Assembly (NCBI GenBank): GCA_902786515.1
Contig: CADADA010000012.1
Coordinates: 1,454-65,453 of the forward strand
DNA length: 64,000 nucleotides
Direction: 5' to 3'
Source of the DNA: an uncultured Lachnospiraceae bacterium
GTDB lineage: Bacteria > Bacillota > Clostridia > Lachnospirales > Lachnospiraceae
Shown here: positions 9,893 through 19,757 of the stretch, piece by piece
How the letters are laid out: every line of letters starts with the position of its first letter
Position numbering within the stretch: the stretch's first letter is position 1
Notes under the pieces: model-generated
What the model was told of the DNA's origin: nothing
What the model saw: only the letters and a program-made list of their open reading frames with translations
The model's database searches: none
Translations under genes and position numbers: made by a program

Positions 9893-11638
9893 ATGTCAAA
9901 CATTTACAGAGAAGTCACACTTAACAATGTGAAGGAAGAGGATATCGGAAAAGAGATTAAGATTGCAGGATGGGTGGAAAATATCCGTGACCACGGAGGC
10001 GTATCTTTTATTGATTTAAGAGATATGTATGGAGTTGTGCAGGTAGTTCTTCGTGACACTGCCCTTCTTGACGGTATTGTAAAAGAAGATTGTGTATCTA
10101 TTGAAGGACTTGTTGAGAAGAGAGATGAGGAGACATATAATCCGAAGATTCCTTCAGGAACAATTGAGGTTGAAGCACATTCTATAAAAATACTTGGAAA
10201 AGTATATACACAGCTTCCTTTTGAAGTGCAGACATCAAAAGAAATCAGAGAAGATTTGCGTTTGAAATACAGATATCTTGATTTAAGAAACCAGAAAGTC
10301 AGAGACAATATGATTTTTCGTTCAAATGTCATCAGCTTCTTAAGACAGAAGATGACTGAGATGGGATTTATGGAAATCCAGACACCAATCCTTTGTGCAT
10401 CTTCACCGGAGGGTGCCAGAGATTACATCGTTCCGTCAAGAAAATACAAAGGAAAATTCTATGCATTGCCACAGGCACCACAGCAGTATAAGCAGCTTTT
10501 GATGGTGTCAGGATTTGATAAGTATTTCCAGATAGCCCCTTGTTTCAGAGACGAGGATGCAAGAGCAGACCGTTCACCGGGAGAATTCTATCAGCTCGAT
10601 TTTGAGATGAGTTTCGCTACACAGGAAGATGTGTTTAAGATAGGTGAGGAAGTGCTTACGGCTACATTTGAGAAATTTGCATCGGAAGGATTTGAAGTTA
10701 CAAAAGCTCCATATCCTATCATCAGTTACAAGCAGGCGATGCTTGAATATGGAACAGATAAACCGGATTTAAGAAATCCGCTTAAGATTATCGATGTAAC
10801 AGAATTTTTCCAGAGATGTACATTTAAACCGTTTCATAAAAAGACAGTAAGAGCCATCAAGGTTCATGCAGATATGTCAAAAGGATTCCATGAGAAGTTA
10901 TTAAAATTTGCCCAGTCAATCGGAATGGGTGGATTAGGATATCTTGAAGTATTAGAGGATTCTTCATATAAGGGACCGATTGATAAGTTTATTCCGGATG
11001 AAATGAAAAAAGAAATGCTTGATTTAGCAGGACTTGTTCCGGGAGATACAATTTTCTTTATCGCAGACAAAGAAGAAAGAGCAAATCTCTATGCAGGACA
11101 GATTAGAACAGAGTTAGGTGAGAAGCTTGACCTTATTGAAAAAAATGCATACAGATTCTGCTACATCAATGATTTCCCAATGTATGAGTACAATGAGGAA
11201 GAGAAAAAAATCGGGTTTACACACAATCCTTTCTCAATGCCACAGGGAGGTCTTGAGGCATTAAATACAAAGGATCCGCTTGATATTCTTGCCTATCAGT
11301 ATGATATTGTATGTAATGGTGTAGAATTATCTTCAGGTGCCGTAAGAAACCATGATATGGAAATTATGGTAAAGGCATTCGAGATAGCAGGATACGATGA
11401 GGAAGTATTGAAAAACAAATTTGGTGCTTTGTACAACGCATTCCAGTTCGGTGCACCACCACACGCAGGAATGGCACCTGGTGTAGACCGTATGATTATG
11501 TTACTTAGAAATGAAGAGAATATAAGAGAGATTATTCCATTCCCAATGAGTGGAACAGCTCAGGATTTAATGTGCGGTGCTCCTAATGAAGTTACAGAGC
11601 AGCAGTTAAGAGAAGTTCATATAAAAGTTAGATCTTAA
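9893..11638 (+). CDS. aspS: Aspartyl-tRNA synthetase (bacterial type)
   Basis: 581 aa. Class II motifs [24 protein letters not shown] and [15 protein letters not shown], with an OB-fold N-terminus. Confidence 0.93.
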   Translation: MSNIYREVTLNNVKEEDIGKEIKIAGWVENIRDHGGVSFIDLRDMYGVVQVVLRDTALLDGIVKEDCVSIEGLVEKRDEETYNPKIPSGTIEVEAHSIKILGKVYTQLPFEVQTSKEIREDLRLKYRYLDLRNQKVRDNMIFRSNVISFLRQKMTEMGFMEIQTPILCASSPEGARDYIVPSRKYKGKFYALPQAPQQYKQLLMVSGFDKYFQIAPCFRDEDARADRSPGEFYQLDFEMSFATQEDVFKIGEEVLTATFEKFASEGFEVTKAPYPIISYKQAMLEYGTDKPDLRNPLKIIDVTEFFQRCTFKPFHKKTVRAIKVHADMSKGFHEKLLKFAQSIGMGGLGYLEVLEDSSYKGPIDKFIPDEMKKEMLDLAGLVPGDTIFFIADKEERANLYAGQIRTELGEKLDLIEKNAYRFCYINDFPMYEYNEEEKKIGFTHNPFSMPQGGLEALNTKDPLDILAYQYDIVCNGVELSSGAVRNHDMEIMVKAFEIAGYDEEVLKNKFGALYNAFQFGAPPHAGMAPGVDRMIMLLRNEENIREIIPFPMSGTAQDLMCGAPNEVTEQQLREVHIKVRS

Positions 11639-11652
11639 AATGGAGGATTAGT

Positions 11653-11946
11653 ATGGCAAATGTAATTTCAGACGAAACGATTGATTATGTTGGAATTCTT
11701 GCAAAACTCGAATTGAGCGATGAAGAAAAAGAAAATGCCAAGAAAGACATGGAAAGCATGTTGGATTATATTGATAAATTAAATGAACTGGATACTACCG
11801 GCGTGGAGCCGATGAGCCATGTATTTCCGGTTAATAATGTATTCCGTGAAGATGTTGTAACAAATGACGATGACAGGGAGAATATATTAAAAAATGCTCC
11901 GGAAGAGCAAAATGGTATGTTCCAGGTACCTAAGACGTTTGATTAA
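11653..11946 (+). CDS. gatC: Asp/Glu-tRNA amidotransferase subunit C
   Basis: 97 aa, with ...[12 protein letters not shown]...[17 protein letters not shown]. It sits directly upstream of gatA. Confidence 0.9.
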   Translation: MANVISDETIDYVGILAKLELSDEEKENAKKDMESMLDYIDKLNELDTTGVEPMSHVFPVNNVFREDVVTNDDDRENILKNAPEEQNGMFQVPKTFD

Positions 11947-11959
11947 GGAGGAGGTAAGA

Positions 11960-13396
11960 ATGGGCATATTGGATTATACTGCAGTAGAGCTTGCAGAAAA
12001 GATTAAATCAAAAGAAGTGTCTGTACGTGAGGCCGTTGATGCGGTTCTTGAGCAGATTGATAAAACAGAAGAAACCTACAATTGTTATGTTACTGTCGAT
12101 AGAGAAGGAGCATTAAAAAAAGCTGATGAGGTTCAGAAAAAAATAGATGCCGGTGAGATAGAAGGACCGCTTGCCGGAGTACCTGTTGCCATAAAGGATA
12201 ATATGTGTACGGAAGGTTTGCTTACGACTTGTTCCTCGAAGATTCTTGGAAATTTTGTTCCCACATTTTCATCTGAGGCTGTTTTGAATCTCGAAAAAGC
12301 AGGTGCAGTTATTATAGGAAAAACAAATATGGATGAGTTTGCCATGGGTTCTACCACGGAGACTTCAGCTTACGGAGTAACTAAAAATCCTAGAAATCCT
12401 GAGCATGTACCGGGAGGTTCGTCAGGAGGTTCGGCAGCAGCAGTTGCGGCTAATGAATGTTTTTATGCACTCGGTTCGGATACAGGCGGGTCTATCAGAC
12501 AGCCGGCAGGTTATTGTGGTGTGGTAGGTATGAAACCGACATATTCTACAGTTTCAAGATACGGACTCATTGCTTATGGTTCGTCATTGGACCAGATTGG
12601 ACCTTTAAGCAAGGATGTGAGAGACTGTGCTACAATACTTGAAGTGATAGCTTCACATGATCCTAAGGATTCTACATCCGTAAAACGTGATGATACAGAT
12701 TTTACATCTGCGCTTGTAGAAGATGTGAAAGGAATGAAAATAGGTATTCCAAAGGATTATCTGGGCGAGGGTCTTGATCCGGAAGTAAAGGATGCTGTGC
12801 TAAAGGCAGCAGAAGTGCTTAAAGATAAGGGAGCCATAATCGAAGAATTTGATTTGGGACTTGTTGAGTATGCAATACCTGCTTATTATACGATTGCGGC
12901 AGCGGAAGCAAGCTCGAACCTTGAGAGGTTTGACGGTATCAAATACGGATATCGTACAGAAGAGTTTACAGACCTTCACAATATGTATAAGAAAACACGT
13001 TCAGAGGGATTTGGACCGGAAGTTAAGAGAAGAATTATGCTTGGCTCTTTTGTATTAAGCTCAGGATATTATGATGCGTACTACTTGAAGGCTTTGAGAG
13101 TAAAAGCATTGATTAAGAAGGCTTTTGATGATGCATTTGCAAAATATGACGTCATACTCGGACCGGTTGCACCGACTACAGCTCCAAAGTTAGGAGAAAG
13201 TCTGTCAGATCCTATTAAAATGTATCTTGGTGATATATATACGATTTCGCTTAATCTTGCCGGACTTCCGGGAATCTGTCTTCCATGCGGAGAAGATTCA
13301 AAGGGACTTCCAATTGGTTTGCAGCTTATTGGTGACTGCTTTAAGGAGAAGAATATTATCAGGGCAGCTTACACGTATGAGCAGAGCAGAGCGTAA
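11960..13396 (+). CDS. gatA: Asp/Glu-tRNA amidotransferase subunit A
   Basis: Amidase signature GGSSGGSAAAVAA and GSDTGGSIRQPA. The ATG at 11960 follows a GGAGGAGG RBS. The track start at 11894 overlaps gatC and is unlikely. Confidence 0.93.
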   Translation: MGILDYTAVELAEKIKSKEVSVREAVDAVLEQIDKTEETYNCYVTVDREGALKKADEVQKKIDAGEIEGPLAGVPVAIKDNMCTEGLLTTCSSKILGNFVPTFSSEAVLNLEKAGAVIIGKTNMDEFAMGSTTETSAYGVTKNPRNPEHVPGGSSGGSAAAVAANECFYALGSDTGGSIRQPAGYCGVVGMKPTYSTVSRYGLIAYGSSLDQIGPLSKDVRDCATILEVIASHDPKDSTSVKRDDTDFTSALVEDVKGMKIGIPKDYLGEGLDPEVKDAVLKAAEVLKDKGAIIEEFDLGLVEYAIPAYYTIAAAEASSNLERFDGIKYGYRTEEFTDLHNMYKKTRSEGFGPEVKRRIMLGSFVLSSGYYDAYYLKALRVKALIKKAFDDAFAKYDVILGPVAPTTAPKLGESLSDPIKMYLGDIYTISLNLAGLPGICLPCGEDSKGLPIGLQLIGDCFKEKNIIRAAYTYEQSRA

Positions 13397-13406
13397 AAAT
13401 ATTATA

Positions 13407-13559
13407 GAATGGAGAAGAGTGCGAAAAATATTCTTGATAGTATATTTTTCGCACAGCAATTGGTGTCGCAGGCGCCACCAATTGCATTTATCGCAGAGCT
13501 GAATCTGAAATTCAGCTCGCGATTCCTCCGACGCAATGCGTCTGCGGAATGGAGAAGAG
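13407..13559 (+). repeat. 127-bp multi-hairpin intergenic insert flanked by a 13-bp direct repeat
   Basis: GAATGGAGAAGAG occurs at 13407-13419 and 13547-13559. The interior holds at least 3 perfect stems: TGCGAAAAATAT/ATATTTTTCGCA, CAATTGGTG/CACCAATTG and GAGCTGAAT/ATTCAGCTC. Confidence 0.8.
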
Positions 13560-13560
13560 A

Positions 13561-14991
13561 ATGAGTAAAGAATACGAAACAGTCATAGGACTTGAAGTTC
13601 ACGTAGAATTAGCTACTAAGACAAAAATATTCTGTGGTTGTTCAACTGCATTTGGAGCAGAGCCTAATGCCCATACTTGTCCGGTTTGTACCGGAATGCC
13701 GGGAAGTCTGCCGGTGTTAAATAAACAGGTAGTCGAATATGCGATGGCAGTTGGAATTGCCACCAATTGTAATATTACACAGTATTGTAAATTTGACCGT
13801 AAGAATTATTTTTACCCGGATAACCCACAGAACTACCAGATATCACAGTTGTATCTCCCGATTTGCAGAAACGGATATGTGGAAATCAAGAGTGAAAATG
13901 GCACTAAAAAAGTAGGTATTCATGAGATTCATATGGAGGAAGATGCCGGAAAGCTTATTCACAGTGAGTGGGATGACTGCTCAATGGTAGATTATAACCG
14001 TTCCGGTGTACCGCTTATTGAAATAGTTTCCGAACCTGATATGAGAAGTGCTGATGAGGTAATCGCTTACCTTGACAAACTTCGTCTGATTATCCAATAT
14101 CTTGGAGCTTCAGACTGTAAGCTCAATGAGGGTTCTATGAGAGCCGATGTAAACCTTTCAGTACGCGAGGTTGGTGCAAAGGAATTTGGTACAAGAACAG
14201 AGATGAAAAACTTAAATTCCTTCAAGGCGATAGCCAGAGCTATAGAGAATGAAAGAGAACGCCAGATAGATTTGATTGAGTCAGGTGAGGCAGTTGTTCA
14301 GGAGACAAGAAGATGGGATGACAATAAGGAATATTCTTATGCCATGCGTTCAAAGGAAGATGCACAGGATTACAGATATTTCCCTGAACCGGATTTAGTG
14401 CCAATCGTAATAAGCGATGAGTGGATAGACGAAGTAAAGAACAGACAGCCGGAACTCAGGGATGAGAAGATGGCAAGATATGAAGCTGATTACAAGATTC
14501 CTGCGTATGATGCCGATATTATTACGTCTTCAAAGAAGATGGCTGATATCTTTGAGCAGACAGTTGAACTGGGAGCAAATCCAAAGAAGGTAAGTAATTA
14601 TCTTATGGGTGAGACGATGCGTCTCTTAAAGGAAAATGATATGGATGCTGATGAGATATCATTTTCACCGAAAAATCTTGCAGCACTTATTAAACTTATT
14701 GATGCAGGAACTATCAATAGTTCTGTGGCAAAAGAGGTATTTGAGAAAATCTTTAAGGATGATATTGAGCCTGAGAAATACGTGGAAGAAAATGGTCTTA
14801 AGATGGACAATGATGAAGATGGACTTAGAAAAATCATTGAGGAAGTTGTGGCAGCCAATCCACAGTCTGTAGAGGATTACAGAAATGGAAAGGAAAAAGC
14901 CATAGGATTCCTTGTAGGACAGACCATGAAGGCTACGAAGGGAAAAGCCAATCCGGGTATTATTAATAAAATCTTGAAAGAGCTATTGTAA
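13561..14991 (+). CDS. gatB: Asp/Glu-tRNA amidotransferase subunit B
   Basis: MSKEYETVIGLEVHVEL..., PGSLPV and a C-terminal GatB/YqeY domain. The ATG at 13561 follows a GGAGAAGAG RBS (track start 13549). Confidence 0.93.
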   Translation: MSKEYETVIGLEVHVELATKTKIFCGCSTAFGAEPNAHTCPVCTGMPGSLPVLNKQVVEYAMAVGIATNCNITQYCKFDRKNYFYPDNPQNYQISQLYLPICRNGYVEIKSENGTKKVGIHEIHMEEDAGKLIHSEWDDCSMVDYNRSGVPLIEIVSEPDMRSADEVIAYLDKLRLIIQYLGASDCKLNEGSMRADVNLSVREVGAKEFGTRTEMKNLNSFKAIARAIENERERQIDLIESGEAVVQETRRWDDNKEYSYAMRSKEDAQDYRYFPEPDLVPIVISDEWIDEVKNRQPELRDEKMARYEADYKIPAYDADIITSSKKMADIFEQTVELGANPKKVSNYLMGETMRLLKENDMDADEISFSPKNLAALIKLIDAGTINSSVAKEVFEKIFKDDIEPEKYVEENGLKMDNDEDGLRKIIEEVVAANPQSVEDYRNGKEKAIGFLVGQTMKATKGKANPGIINKILKELL

Positions 14992-15750
14992 TTGGTAAGA
15001 GAAGACGAATTACTAAAAAAAAGAATCTGCGAACTGGCTGTTAGGAGTTACAATAACAGCCAGTTTGTTTTTACTGATTTTTTAAGTCCATCGGAAATCA
15101 GTATTATTATGGAAAATGAAAAAGACATTGAATACGTTCCTCATGATTTCTACGGAGGAGCGGAAGTTTGTGAAAGACAGATGCTTAGGTTTGGTTCGGA
15201 AGAAATGTTTGGATACGTAGAGAATTTTCCTATTAGCTGTGTAGTTATAGAGCCGGTAATGAAAAAGTTTGCTGATGACTTCAGCCATCGTGATTTTTTG
15301 GGAGCGCTTATGAATCTGGGAATAGAGAGAAGCACTTTGGGAGATATTTTTATTAAAGACCAGACAGCATACGTTTTATGCATTGACAGAATTGCGGAAT
15401 TTATTTGTGAGAATGTTGATAAGGTAAAGCATACCAGTGTGAAGTGTCATGTAGAAAAGGGCATGGTAGAAGCATTAAAGCCGGAACTTAAAAGAGAAGA
15501 AGTTATCGTTAATTCTGTAAGGATAGATGCGATAGTTTCAAAATTATGGAATGTTTCAAGAAAAGCGAGCATCGAATTATTTCGTGAGAAGAAAGTATTT
15601 ATCAATGGCAGGGTGCAGGAAAATAACAGCTATTCTCTAAAAGCGGATGATGTGGTGTCAGTAAGAGGATACGGAAAGTTTGTGTATATCGGGGGTGCTC
15701 AGGAGACACGTAAGGGTAGAATTAAGGTGGTTGTAAATAAATATGTCTGA
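14992..15750 (+). CDS. YlmH-like S4-domain RNA-binding protein
   Basis: 252 aa with FTDFLSPSE and RDFLGALMNLGIERSTLGDI. The C-terminal S4 fold is VRIDAIVSKLWNVSRKASIELFREKKVFINGR. TTG start. Confidence 0.7.
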   Translation: MVREDELLKKRICELAVRSYNNSQFVFTDFLSPSEISIIMENEKDIEYVPHDFYGGAEVCERQMLRFGSEEMFGYVENFPISCVVIEPVMKKFADDFSHRDFLGALMNLGIERSTLGDIFIKDQTAYVLCIDRIAEFICENVDKVKHTSVKCHVEKGMVEALKPELKREEVIVNSVRIDAIVSKLWNVSRKASIELFREKKVFINGRVQENNSYSLKADDVVSVRGYGKFVYIGGAQETRKGRIKVVVNKYV

Positions 15751-15762
15751 TATGATTTGTGA

Positions 15763-15880
15763 ACAAATGGGGATTTGCGTAGAATTCGGGTTGTAACGAA
15801 TGGGGATTTGCGTAGAATTCGGGTTGTAACGAATGGGGATTTGCGTAGTATTTGGGTTGCAACGAACGGGGATTTGCGTT
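15763..15880 (+). repeat. 33-bp direct tandem repeat, about 3.6 copies
   Basis: Units of ACGAATGGGGATTTGCGTAGAATTCGGGTTGTA start at 15763, 15796, 15829 and 15862 (the last is partial). There are no spacers between units. Confidence 0.9.
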
Positions 15881-15897
15881 ATACTGTCATTTGAGAG

Positions 15898-17253
15898 GTG
15901 ATATTATTGGGAAATTTTGTTTTTAAAAGAAAAATATATGATGAAATGACTGAATGGAAAGAAAAACGCAGTGAGAAGTACGCACTTTTGATAAAGGGTG
16001 CCAGACGAGTTGGAAAGTCAACTATTGCAGAGGAATTTGCAAAGAACGAATTCAAGTCATATATTTTGATAGATTTTGCCCATACAAGTAAAGATATTAT
16101 CGAATTATTTGATGATACGTATAACTTGGATTTTTTCTTTTTACAATTACAACAGTTAACAGGAATCAGGCTATATGAAAAGGAGTCCGTAATAATATTT
16201 GACGAGGTTCAATTGCATCCAAAGGCAAGGCAGGCAATAAAGTATCTTGTTGCAGATGGAAGATATAAATATATAGAAACGGGTTCACTTTTGTCAATAA
16301 GAAAGAATACGAAAGATATCCTGATTCCAAGCGAGGAGCATAAGATATCAATGTATCCCATGGATTTTGAAGAATTTTTATGGGCTATAGATGATGAAAT
16401 AACTGTAGAAACAATAAATATGCTTTTGAAAAACAAAAAATCAGCGGGAAATGCAATGCATAGAAATTTAATGCGGATTTTTAGACTTTATATGCTTATT
16501 GGTGGAATGCCACAGGCTATTGAAACTTATTTGGAGCACAATAACCTTCAACTTGTGGACGAAACAAAAAGAGAAATAATAGATTTGTACGAAGAGGATT
16601 TTACAAAAATAGATAGTACAGGATTGACCGGTGACATATATGATTCGATACCTGCAAGTCTTAGTTCTAATGCATCCAGATATGTTTTATCAAACGCAAG
16701 AGAAGGAATGCGTTCTGAATTTGTGCGTGAATTAATACCTGATATGTTAAGTTCTTATACAGTAAATATTGCTTATCATGCAAATAATCCCGCAATAGGG
16801 ATGGCATTGGAAAAGGATATAGGACGATATAAATTATTTGTATCGGATGTCGGCCTTTTTGTGTCGCTTGTATTTAAGGATAAAAAATACACTGAAAATG
16901 TAATATACAATAAATTACTTTCAGATAAGCTTGAATCAAATTTAGGGTATGTATATGAGAATGTTGTAGCACAAATGCTGGTGGCCGGGGGAAATAATCT
17001 GTTTTATTATACAATGCACAGTGATACTTCGAATCATTTGTATGAGATAGATTTTTTGCTTTCTATGGGTGATAAAATATGTCCGATTGAAGTGAAGTCA
17101 GGAAACTATAGAGCCCATAGGTCATTAGACATGTTCTGTGAAAAGTATAGCAGACGAATAGCAGAAAAATATGTTGTGCATACCAAAGATTACGAATGGA
17201 AGAATGGTATTCACTATATACCGGTATATATGGTGCCGTTTCTGTCAAAGTAA
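15898..17253 (+). CDS. AAA+ ATPase with DUF4143-type C-terminal domain
   Basis: 451 aa with a Walker A motif (GARRVGKST) and a Walker B-like IIFDEVQ. The overall layout matches AAA_14/DUF4143 proteins. The exact start is uncertain. Confidence 0.7.
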   Translation: MILLGNFVFKRKIYDEMTEWKEKRSEKYALLIKGARRVGKSTIAEEFAKNEFKSYILIDFAHTSKDIIELFDDTYNLDFFFLQLQQLTGIRLYEKESVIIFDEVQLHPKARQAIKYLVADGRYKYIETGSLLSIRKNTKDILIPSEEHKISMYPMDFEEFLWAIDDEITVETINMLLKNKKSAGNAMHRNLMRIFRLYMLIGGMPQAIETYLEHNNLQLVDETKREIIDLYEEDFTKIDSTGLTGDIYDSIPASLSSNASRYVLSNAREGMRSEFVRELIPDMLSSYTVNIAYHANNPAIGMALEKDIGRYKLFVSDVGLFVSLVFKDKKYTENVIYNKLLSDKLESNLGYVYENVVAQMLVAGGNNLFYYTMHSDTSNHLYEIDFLLSMGDKICPIEVKSGNYRAHRSLDMFCEKYSRRIAEKYVVHTKDYEWKNGIHYIPVYMVPFLSK

Positions 17254-17293
17254 TTGAAAGTATCAGGTATTGTTGATTTGTCGTAAGATTAAC

Positions 17294-17322
17294 TTGACAA
17301 ATAACATATATATATATATAAT
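17294..17322 (+). promoter_or_regulatory. Consensus promoter whose spacer contains an (AT)7 tract
   Basis: TTGACA (17294-17299), 17-nt spacer, TATAAT (17317-22). ATATATATATATATA spans 17306-17320. Confidence 0.6.
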
Positions 17323-17429
17323 ATCATGGCGTTCAGATTTCGAAGTCAGATGCAATAAAATACAAGATAAATAATATAATCAAGGTGACGACTTTAATGT
17401 ATTAATAATTTTAAGGAGAATATGCTAAA

Positions 17430-18272
17430 ATGAAGATTACAAGAAGAATTATAGTTACTGTTTTATTGGTTTGTATACTTGGAATTGAACTAATAGGGAG
17501 GAGTACTTTTGCTTATGGTTCAGATTTAACTGAAGTAAAGGTTAAGGGAGAAGATGGAATTGAATATACTGTAAAGAATGTACAATACAGTAGTTACGAA
17601 AAGATGATTGTAACTGGAAATAATAAAAGAGTTATTATTAGAACTTATGATGACAAGGTTGTTTCTGAAAAGTATAATAAGATAAAGGGACAGTATGTTT
17701 TATCAGAAACTGATACAACTTATATTAGTGATGTTGAAAATTTGATTTTACAAGATGAGAAGGATTTTAATAGCGATACAGATGGGGAATTAAATGATAG
17801 TTCAGATTCTGATGATATTGTGTATGGCAAGTCATCTAGTATTAAGTGGGGAAAGAAATATTTTACACCAATAATATTTGGAAAAAGATACTGGTATGTG
17901 AGTGGTTCTAAATCTGGAAAAATGTACAAGAAAGTAGGACACAACGGAGAGTCAAATAATATTCCATATTATAAGCTGGATAGTGCGAAGCAGACTACAT
18001 GCAACGATTATATAAATAATATAAAACAATGTAGGAAAAATTGGATAAAAGCTATTGGAACAGGAGTAACAACTTACTTCGCATCGGTATTATTGGTGAA
18101 AATATCGGCATTAGCTGGTTTGCTTGGGCATGGAGCTGCGGCAATAGCAGGAATAATTACGACTGTAACTACATCGTATGCTGGATACAAAGAAACGATT
18201 AGTTATATCACAGAGGGGTATTGTAGCTATTGTGAAGTACAAGATGCATACGTTAATGTTTCTTCATTATAA
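17430..18272 (+). CDS. Secreted hypothetical protein with Gly/Ala-rich hydrophobic C-terminal region
   Basis: 280 aa. AAGGAG RBS and a signal peptide, MKITRRIIVTVLLVCILGIELIG. The C-terminus reads GTGVTTYFASVLLVKISALAGLLGHGAAAIAGIITTV. Confidence 0.65.
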   Translation: MKITRRIIVTVLLVCILGIELIGRSTFAYGSDLTEVKVKGEDGIEYTVKNVQYSSYEKMIVTGNNKRVIIRTYDDKVVSEKYNKIKGQYVLSETDTTYISDVENLILQDEKDFNSDTDGELNDSSDSDDIVYGKSSSIKWGKKYFTPIIFGKRYWYVSGSKSGKMYKKVGHNGESNNIPYYKLDSAKQTTCNDYINNIKQCRKNWIKAIGTGVTTYFASVLLVKISALAGLLGHGAAAIAGIITTVTTSYAGYKETISYITEGYCSYCEVQDAYVNVSSL

Positions 18273-18301
18273 AACAAGTAAATAGAAAGAGGTGAATTTT
18301 A

Positions 18302-18574
18302 ATGGATGCTAATAAGAGTGCTTTTTATAAAAAAATGATGATTATATTTCTTATAAGTTCAATTGTGTTGGGGGACTTAGGAATTGTAATAATGTTAATT
18401 TCTTTAGCTGCTGATACTGTTTGTGTTGGAGTTTTTAAATTTATAAGTGATGATGCTTTTGCTATTATTTGGTGGTTTATCATGATAAGTGATGCAGTAT
18501 TAATGTTTGCTACAATGATTGCATCTCTTGTAGCGGCTATGTTGTGGTATACAGAAGAACATAAAAAAAAATAA
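18302..18574 (+). CDS. Small multi-pass membrane protein (immunity-like)
   Basis: 90 aa with about three hydrophobic segments. It has an RBS (AGAGGTG) and lies directly after the 280-aa gene. Confidence 0.6.
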   Translation: MDANKSAFYKKMMIIFLISSIVLGDLGIVIMLISLAADTVCVGVFKFISDDAFAIIWWFIMISDAVLMFATMIASLVAAMLWYTEEHKKK

Positions 18575-18678
18575 ATATTACATAATAGGTTGACGTAATG
18601 TTTTTGTATTTTATGGTATACATGATACTACGAAAACATTACGTTTTGTTATTCGCTGATATAAGGAGAAAAAGTAAC

Positions 18679-19743
18679 ATGAAAAAAAGAATTTTATTAT
18701 TGAAAATAAGTCTTATGTTGTCTATATGCTTCATTTTGTTTGGATTTGCTGATATTTTTGCATATGCAAGTGAAGGTATAGATGTATTAAAGAGTGAAAA
18801 TGAATTATCAGAGGAGCAAAAGACATATATATATGATTTAGTTGAACGTCAGGATTTGAATATAGGTAAAAACATTTCTATATATAATGCAGATGAGAAA
18901 GTGGTGTTTGATGTTTATCCGTTATTTAATGAATATAATCAATGTATTATGACGGCGGAAGTGCTTGAAGGCAACATAAGTGTAAGTGATGATTTAGAGT
19001 GGTATAATAATGCTAAAGATATTATGAAAGAAGGGAATGAATATATAATATATATTGAACTTGGAAAGGTATATTTGGAAAATGAGTACGATAAAATTTT
19101 ACTCGAAGATTTAACTATGAAATTCAATGATAAAAATAAGGTTTTTTGTAGTAAGACATATGAAAGTAAAGTATCGGAAATAAAGGATTTTTCAGAACAA
19201 TTAGAGTTTGATGATATAACAGATACTATGTATGGCTCAAAAGATATAGTTTGTGAGAAAACTAACGAAGATGAATTGTCTGGAGATGATTGTGCAAAAT
19301 GTGATATAAAAAATTTTGTAAGGCAAGGAAAATATAATTTATGTTGGGCAGCCTCTGTAGCAACAATTGTTAACTATAAAAAGAACAAAAATATAACAGC
19401 GAAAGATGTAGCAAATAAAATGAAAGTAGGGTATAATGATTGTGCAGGATTAGAAACTACCAACGATGCACTAAAGAGTTATGGTGTCAATTATAAAATA
19501 ATAAATGACAAGTTATCAACCAGTCAGATAAAAAAGAAAATAAACGAAAATAATAGACCATTTATTATGGCATTGGCTGCGGGAAAGGACGGACACATGA
19601 TAACTTGTTATAGCTATAAAGTATCGTCAGGGAAAATGAAGATAGGGTGCTGGGATTCGAATGGTGTAAAAAGGACGTTTAAGTATAGTGACAAGGTAGT
19701 CATAGATGGTTATACATACAAATGGCATGCTACAATATCATAG
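18679..19743 (+). CDS. Secreted papain-like (C39-like) cysteine peptidase
   Basis: The ATG at 18679 follows an AAGGAG RBS and opens the signal peptide MKKRILLLKISLMLSICFILFGFADIFAYA. The C-terminal domain has RQGKYNLCWAAS (Gln/Cys), DGHMITCY (His) and CWDSNG (Asp/Asn). Confidence 0.65.
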   Translation: MKKRILLLKISLMLSICFILFGFADIFAYASEGIDVLKSENELSEEQKTYIYDLVERQDLNIGKNISIYNADEKVVFDVYPLFNEYNQCIMTAEVLEGNISVSDDLEWYNNAKDIMKEGNEYIIYIELGKVYLENEYDKILLEDLTMKFNDKNKVFCSKTYESKVSEIKDFSEQLEFDDITDTMYGSKDIVCEKTNEDELSGDDCAKCDIKNFVRQGKYNLCWAASVATIVNYKKNKNITAKDVANKMKVGYNDCAGLETTNDALKSYGVNYKIINDKLSTSQIKKKINENNRPFIMALAAGKDGHMITCYSYKVSSGKMKIGCWDSNGVKRTFKYSDKVVIDGYTYKWHATIS

Positions 19744-19757
19744 AAGGAGACTAAAAA

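Noticed and set aside
13227-13602. ORFs of 91 aa (plus) and 66 aa (minus) spanning the gatA-gatB junction
   Set aside because: They run out of frame through the gatA 3' end and the palindromic insert. They are artefacts of the hairpin-rich sequence.
15763-15880. 33-bp repeats as a possible CRISPR array
   Set aside because: The units are directly adjacent with no unique spacers between them, there are only about 3.6 copies, and no cas genes are nearby. This is a tandem repeat, not a CRISPR array.
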